Shown in pieces: positions 59,565 through 64,000 of a stretch of 64,000 nucleotides of DNA (positions within the stretch are counted from its first letter, which is position 1; every line of letters starts with the position of its first letter). Under the pieces are notes generated by a model. It saw only the letters and a program-made list of their open reading frames with translations, searched no databases and was not told the origin of the DNA. Origin of the DNA: Polyangiales bacterium (GTDB lineage Bacteria > Myxococcota_A > Polyangia > Polyangiales > Ga0077539); the NCBI GenBank assembly GCA_044229975.1, contig JBGARZ010000008.1, forward strand, positions 320,001 to 384,000, given 5' to 3'. The translations under genes were made by a program, and so were the position numbers.

Positions 59565-61385
59565 CTACTCCGCGGTCTCGCGACGCGCCGGGCGGAACGA
59601 CGCGCTCAAGATCGCCTTGCGCACGCGCACGTTGAGCGGGGTGACCTCGACGAGCTCGTCGCGATCGATCCACTCCATGGCGGTCTCCACCGTGAGCACG
59701 CGCGGGGGGTAGAGGGCGACGTTCTCGTCCTTGCCGGCAGTGCGTACGCTGGTGAGCTTCTTCTCGCGGATGATGTTCACGTCGGCGTCGTTGGGGCGGT
59801 TGTGCTCGCCGACGATCATGCCTTCGTAGACGGGCGCGCCCACGCCGACGAAGAACTCGCCGCGCGGCTGGAGGTGGAAGAGCGCGTACGGGGTGCACGT
59901 GCCCGCGCGGTCGGCGACCATCGCGCCGTTGGTGCGGCGCATCATCGGACCCGCCCACTCCTTCCACCCGTGGAACTCGGTGTTGAGCAGACCCGTCCCT
60001 CGCGTGGAGGTGAGGAACTCGCTGCGGAACCCGATGAGCGCCCGCGAGGGCACCTCGAACTCCACCCGCGCGCGGCCCTTGCCCGGGTTGCTCATGTTGA
60101 CCATGACGCCCTTGCGGTCGCCGAGGCGCTGCGTGACCACACCGACGAAGTTGTCGGGCACGTCGGCGATGACCAGCTCCAGCGGCTCGTGCAGCTTGCC
60201 GTCGATCTCCTTGGTGACCACCTCGGGGTTGCCCAGCGACAGCTCGTAGAGGTCGCGGCGCAGCGTCTCGACCAGCACCGCCAGCGCCAGCTCGCCGCGC
60301 CCGTAGACGAGAAACTGGTCGGCGCTCTCGGTGTCTTCCACGCGCACGGCCGGGTTCTTCCGGGCCTCGCGGTGGAGGCGCTCGCGGATCTGCCGCGACG
60401 TGAGGTACTTGCCCCCGTCCTTGCCCGCGAAGGGCGAGGTGTTCACGCCGAAGCGCATCTTGATGGTGGGCTCCTCGACGTGGATGCGCGGCAGCACCTT
60501 CTGGTGCAGCGGATCGGTGAGCGTGTCGCCGATGGTCACCTCGTCGATGCCCGCGATGGCGATGTTTTCGCCGGCGCCCGCGTCGGGGGTGCGCTTGCGC
60601 GCGAGGCCCTCGTAGTTGAAGAGCACCGCGATCTTCGCCTCGGTGGTCTTGTCGGCGCCGATGACGGAGAGGCGGTCGCCCTCCTTGACGGTGCCCTGCA
60701 CCACGCGCCCGATGGCGATGCGGCCCACGTAGTCGTCGTGGTCGAGGCTGGTCACGATGATCTGCGTCGGCGCCTTCGGGTCGCCCGTCGGCGCGGGCAC
60801 GCGCTTGACGATGGTGTCCATCAGCGGCGCGAGGTCGGTGTTGGTGTCGCTGAGGTTGTACCGGGCGATGCCCAGCTTGCCGATCGCGTAGAGCGTCGCG
60901 AAGTCGGCCTGCGCGTCGCTCGCTTCGAGGTCACAGAAGAGGTCGAACACCTCGGAGAGAACCTCCTCGGGGCGCGCGTCCTGGCGGTCGATCTTGTTGA
61001 CGACGACCACCACCGGAAACCCACGGGCAAGCGCCTTGCGGAGGACGAAGCGGGTCTGCGGGAGGGGCCCTTCGGCCGCGTCGACGAGGAGCAGGGCCGC
61101 GTCGGCCATCATGAGGGTGCGCTCGACCTCGCCGCCGAAGTCCGAGTGTCCGGGGGTGTCGATGATGTTGATCTTGTACTCGCCCCAGCGCACCGAGGTG
61201 TTCTTGGCGAGGATGGTGATGCCGCGCTCGCGCTCCTGGTCGTTGGAGTCCATCACGCGGTCGACCATCTCCTCGTTCGCGCGGAAGACGCCCGACTGGC
61301 GGAGCATGAAGTCGACGAGGGTGGTCTTGCCGTGGTCGACGTGGGCGACGATGGCGACGTTGCGGATCTTGTCTTGGGGAATCAT
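59565..61385 (-). CDS. typA: Translational GTPase TypA/BipA
   Basis: IRNVAIVAHVDHGKTT, RGITILAKN, DTPGHSDFGGEVER and ELVEVTP motifs. Confidence 0.97.
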   Translation of the reverse strand: MIPQDKIRNVAIVAHVDHGKTTLVDFMLRQSGVFRANEEMVDRVMDSNDQERERGITILAKNTSVRWGEYKINIIDTPGHSDFGGEVERTLMMADAALLLVDAAEGPLPQTRFVLRKALARGFPVVVVVNKIDRQDARPEEVLSEVFDLFCDLEASDAQADFATLYAIGKLGIARYNLSDTNTDLAPLMDTIVKRVPAPTGDPKAPTQIIVTSLDHDDYVGRIAIGRVVQGTVKEGDRLSVIGADKTTEAKIAVLFNYEGLARKRTPDAGAGENIAIAGIDEVTIGDTLTDPLHQKVLPRIHVEEPTIKMRFGVNTSPFAGKDGGKYLTSRQIRERLHREARKNPAVRVEDTESADQFLVYGRGELALAVLVETLRRDLYELSLGNPEVVTKEIDGKLHEPLELVIADVPDNFVGVVTQRLGDRKGVMVNMSNPGKGRARVEFEVPSRALIGFRSEFLTSTRGTGLLNTEFHGWKEWAGPMMRRTNGAMVADRAGTCTPYALFHLQPRGEFFVGVGAPVYEGMIVGEHNRPNDADVNIIREKKLTSVRTAGKDENVALYPPRVLTVETAMEWIDRDELVEVTPLNVRVRKAILSASFRPARRETAE

Positions 61386-61421
61386 GGCGGGCGGCGCCCT
61401 ACCACGGTACGCGGGGAAAGC

Positions 61422-62594
61422 CTAGTCGCGGGTCGGCACGGGACCAGCGTCGTAGGCGGGGATGCCCGTGACGGCCTGACCGAGCACCAGCGTGTGGATG
61501 TCGTGCGTGCCCTCGTAGGTGATGACCGTCTCGAGGTTCATCAGGTGGCGCCCGATGGGGTACTCGTAGGTGATCCCGTTGCCGCCGAGGATGTCACGGC
61601 ACTGCCGCGCGATGACCAGCGCCATGTGCACGTTGTTGCGCTTGGCGAGCGACACCTGCGCGGGCTTCATCTGCTTGGCTTCCTTCAGCCGACCGAGCCG
61701 CCACGCGACGAGCTTCGCCTTGGTGATCTCGGTGATCATCTCGGCGAACTTCGCCTGCACGAGCTGGTAGCCCGCGATGGGCCGCGAGAACTGCACGCGG
61801 TTCTTCGCGTAGTCGACGGCGCAGTCGAAGCACGCCTCGGCGGCGCCGATGGCCCCCCAGGAGATGCCGTAGCGCGCGTTGGTGAGGCACCCGAGCGGCC
61901 CCTTGAGACCCTGCACGTTGGGCATGAGCGCCGACTCCGGCACCTCGACGTCTTCGAGGATGAGCTCGCTCGTGACCGACGCGCGCAGCGAAAACTTCCG
62001 CTCGATCTTCTGCGCCGTGAACCCCGGCGTGTTGGTGGGAACCACGAAGCCGCGGATGACCCCGTCGAGCTTCGCCCAGATGACGGCGACGTCGGCGATG
62101 TTGCCGTTGGTGATCCACCGCTTGGTGCCGTTGAGCACGAAGCCCTTGTCGGTGCGGTCGGCCCTGGTGATCATCCCGCCGGGGTTGGAGCCGAAGTCCG
62201 GCTCGGTGAGGCCGAAGCAGCCGACGGCCTCGCCCTTCGCGAGCTTCGGCAGCCACTCCTGCTTCTGCTCCTCGGAGCCGTAGGCGTAGATCGGGTACAT
62301 CACCAGCGCGCCCTGCACCGAGCAGAACGACCGGATGCCCGAGTCGCAGCGTTCGAGCTCCTGCATCACGAGGCCGTAGGCGACGTCGCCCATGCCCGCG
62401 CAGCCGTAGCCGTGGAGGTTGGCGCCGAGGAGCCCCAGCCGACCGAACTCGGGGATGAGCTCGGTGGGGAAGGTTCCATCCTCGTAGTGCTTGGAGATGA
62501 TCGGCTGGATCTTGGCGTCGACGAAGGCCCGCACGCTGTCGCGGACCATGCGCTCTTCCTCGGTCAGCAGCTCACTGATGTCGTAGAAATCCAC
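61422..62594 (-). CDS. Acyl-CoA dehydrogenase, glutaryl-CoA dehydrogenase-like
   Basis: GCFGLTEPDFGSNP; TYEGTHDIH. Confidence 0.9.
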   Translation of the reverse strand: MDFYDISELLTEEERMVRDSVRAFVDAKIQPIISKHYEDGTFPTELIPEFGRLGLLGANLHGYGCAGMGDVAYGLVMQELERCDSGIRSFCSVQGALVMYPIYAYGSEEQKQEWLPKLAKGEAVGCFGLTEPDFGSNPGGMITRADRTDKGFVLNGTKRWITNGNIADVAVIWAKLDGVIRGFVVPTNTPGFTAQKIERKFSLRASVTSELILEDVEVPESALMPNVQGLKGPLGCLTNARYGISWGAIGAAEACFDCAVDYAKNRVQFSRPIAGYQLVQAKFAEMITEITKAKLVAWRLGRLKEAKQMKPAQVSLAKRNNVHMALVIARQCRDILGGNGITYEYPIGRHLMNLETVITYEGTHDIHTLVLGQAVTGIPAYDAGPVPTRD

Positions 62595-62683
62595 GGATAT
62601 TCGGCTCCTCTCGGGCGCGGACCCTACCACTGGTGCCCCGCGCGAGCGGCCCACGTTGCCGAGAGATTTTCTCCACGAGTTGC

Positions 62684-62712
62684 TTGACAGTCCCCGCGTG
62701 ATCGAGTTTATT
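62684..62712 (+). promoter_or_regulatory. Sigma70-type promoter of the tRNA
   Basis: TTGACA-17 bp-TTTATT. Confidence 0.7.
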
Positions 62713-62725
62713 GCGCGTCCCCGAT

Positions 62726-62798
<73 letters not shown>

Positions 62799-62820
62799 CA
62801 AAAAACCCTGAAAAGGTCAC

Positions 62821-62856
62821 AAAGGCCGGTCCGCTTCACCGCGGGTCGGCCTTTGT
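62821..62856 (+). terminator. Intrinsic terminator after the tRNA
   Basis: AAAGGCCGGTCCGC-TTCACC-GCGGGTCGGCCTTTGT hairpin. Confidence 0.7.
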
Positions 62857-63021
62857 CGTGTCCGGGCTCCGCGAGTTCTGACCGTCCGTTCGTGATTTCG
62901 GGCTTGCGAAACCTACCTCCGGACAGGCAGAGGGAGGGAGAGTCGTCGGGCTTGCGCGAGAGGTACACGTTGGGCACCATCGCTTGAGCCTGTTTTCAGG
63001 GCAATTCACTCAGGATGTGCC

Positions 63022-63786
63022 ATGGCGGTGCGCGTAAAACTCGATGAGAAGCTGAAGGTCCTGGAGGAGCATCTCGCCGCCCAGGACGAGTCGGTGCTGG
63101 CGCAGTTCCAGGAGCGCCTCGACATGTCGTGGATCTTCCACGACACGGCGCTGGAGGGCACGGTGCTGTCCTTCCACGAGCTGAAGAGCGCCATCGACCG
63201 CGACGTGGTCTCCGACGTCTCGCTCATCCCGACCTACGACGAGATCCGCGCCCACAAGGCGGCCATCGATCTGGTGCGGGAGTTTGCGGCCAACAAGAAG
63301 AAGCACCCGCTGACGATGGACCTGCTGAAGCAGCTCCAGGCGACCATCTCGCCCGACGACGCCGAGGTGCGCGACGGGACGTGGCGCAAGGAGACCCCCG
63401 TCCATCGGCTGTACTTCCATGACATCTCGGCGCCCGACAAGATCGCCGGCGAGATCAAGAAGCTCGACGACTGGCTGCAAGACCCGGAGACCCGCAAGGC
63501 CAACTCCCTCCGCACGGCGTCGAAGCTGCACTTCAAGCTCATGCAGATCTTCCCGTTCTCCAAGCACACCGGGAAGCTCGCCCGCCTGGGGATGAACCTC
63601 GTGTTGCTGCGCGCGGGCTACCCCCCGGCGATCATCCACTCGACCGAGCGGCAGCGGTACTACGAGAGCCTCAAGGGCCCGAGCCTCACGCTGCACAACC
63701 TCATGGTCGACTCGCTGGAAAACTCCATCGAGAGCGCGATCAAGCTCTTCGCCGAGCAGCGCACCGGCCGCCGCGCGATGGCGTAG
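63022..63786 (+). CDS. Fic-domain protein with degenerate catalytic motif
   Basis: TALEG; HFKLMQIFPFSKHTGKLARL..N..L...GYPP. Confidence 0.8.
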   Translation: MAVRVKLDEKLKVLEEHLAAQDESVLAQFQERLDMSWIFHDTALEGTVLSFHELKSAIDRDVVSDVSLIPTYDEIRAHKAAIDLVREFAANKKKHPLTMDLLKQLQATISPDDAEVRDGTWRKETPVHRLYFHDISAPDKIAGEIKKLDDWLQDPETRKANSLRTASKLHFKLMQIFPFSKHTGKLARLGMNLVLLRAGYPPAIIHSTERQRYYESLKGPSLTLHNLMVDSLENSIESAIKLFAEQRTGRRAMA

Positions 63787-63798
63787 CCATCCCGTCGC

Positions 63799-63859
63799 AA
63801 GGTCACCGCGCCCGGCCGCCGCGGGTTGAAAACCCACGGCAGCCGGGCGCGATGACCTT
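63799..63859. terminator. Long hairpin between convergent genes (terminator or REP)
   Basis: AAGGTCA.CGCGCCCGGC.GCCG.GGGTT-GAA-AACCC.CGGC.GCCGGGCGCG.TGACCTT. Confidence 0.6.
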
Positions 63860-63878
63860 CAAAGAGAAGGCTGAGGGA

Positions 63879-64000
63879 TCAGCGCTTGTCCCGCTGCTGC
63901 TTGCGGCGCACCTCGTCGCGCACCGCCCTCGCGCCCATCGTGTACCCGATGAACACCCCGAGCAGCAGCACGCCCGGGATGAACACCACGTGCTCGGGCG
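63879..64000 (-). CDS. Small membrane protein, 3' part
   Basis: PEHVVFIPGVLLLGVFIGYTMGARAVRDEVRRKQQRDKR*. Confidence 0.6.
   Translation of the reverse strand, partial: PEHVVFIPGVLLLGVFIGYTMGARAVRDEVRRKQQRDKR

Noticed and set aside
59802..62687. Long antisense or alternate-frame ORFs (also 20490-23234, 45176-47593 and others)
   Set aside because: Shadow ORFs expected at this GC content, lying opposite well-supported genes.

Overview
Very GC-rich bacterial window, most consistent with a myxobacterium (Myxococcota, Polyangia-like). This assignment is inferred from three Ser/Thr kinases, MYXO-CTERM-like tails and many Cys-rich lipoproteins. Core genes cluster at the right end: typA, an acyl-CoA dehydrogenase, tRNA-Ala(CGC), an NhaR-like LysR regulator, an HPF/RaiA-family gene and a Fic-like gene. 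The rest is accessory: modular Cys-rich surface proteins, kinase/TPR modules, two SF1 helicases and gene relics. Highlights: (1) two diverged, inverted copies of a ~320-nt highly structured non-coding element with compensatory base changes at 40.0-42.7 kb, one copy carrying a REPIN-like hairpin plus an intact group IIC intron; (2) an isolated 28/29 match to the 23S rRNA helix-69/I-CeuI site inside a decayed gene; (3) a 1.46-kb cassette bracketed by a 149-bp duplication of a helicase 3' end; (4) a secreted protein with an internal MYXO-CTERM-like motif followed by a second signal peptide. All calls come from reading motifs by eye; no database searches were run.
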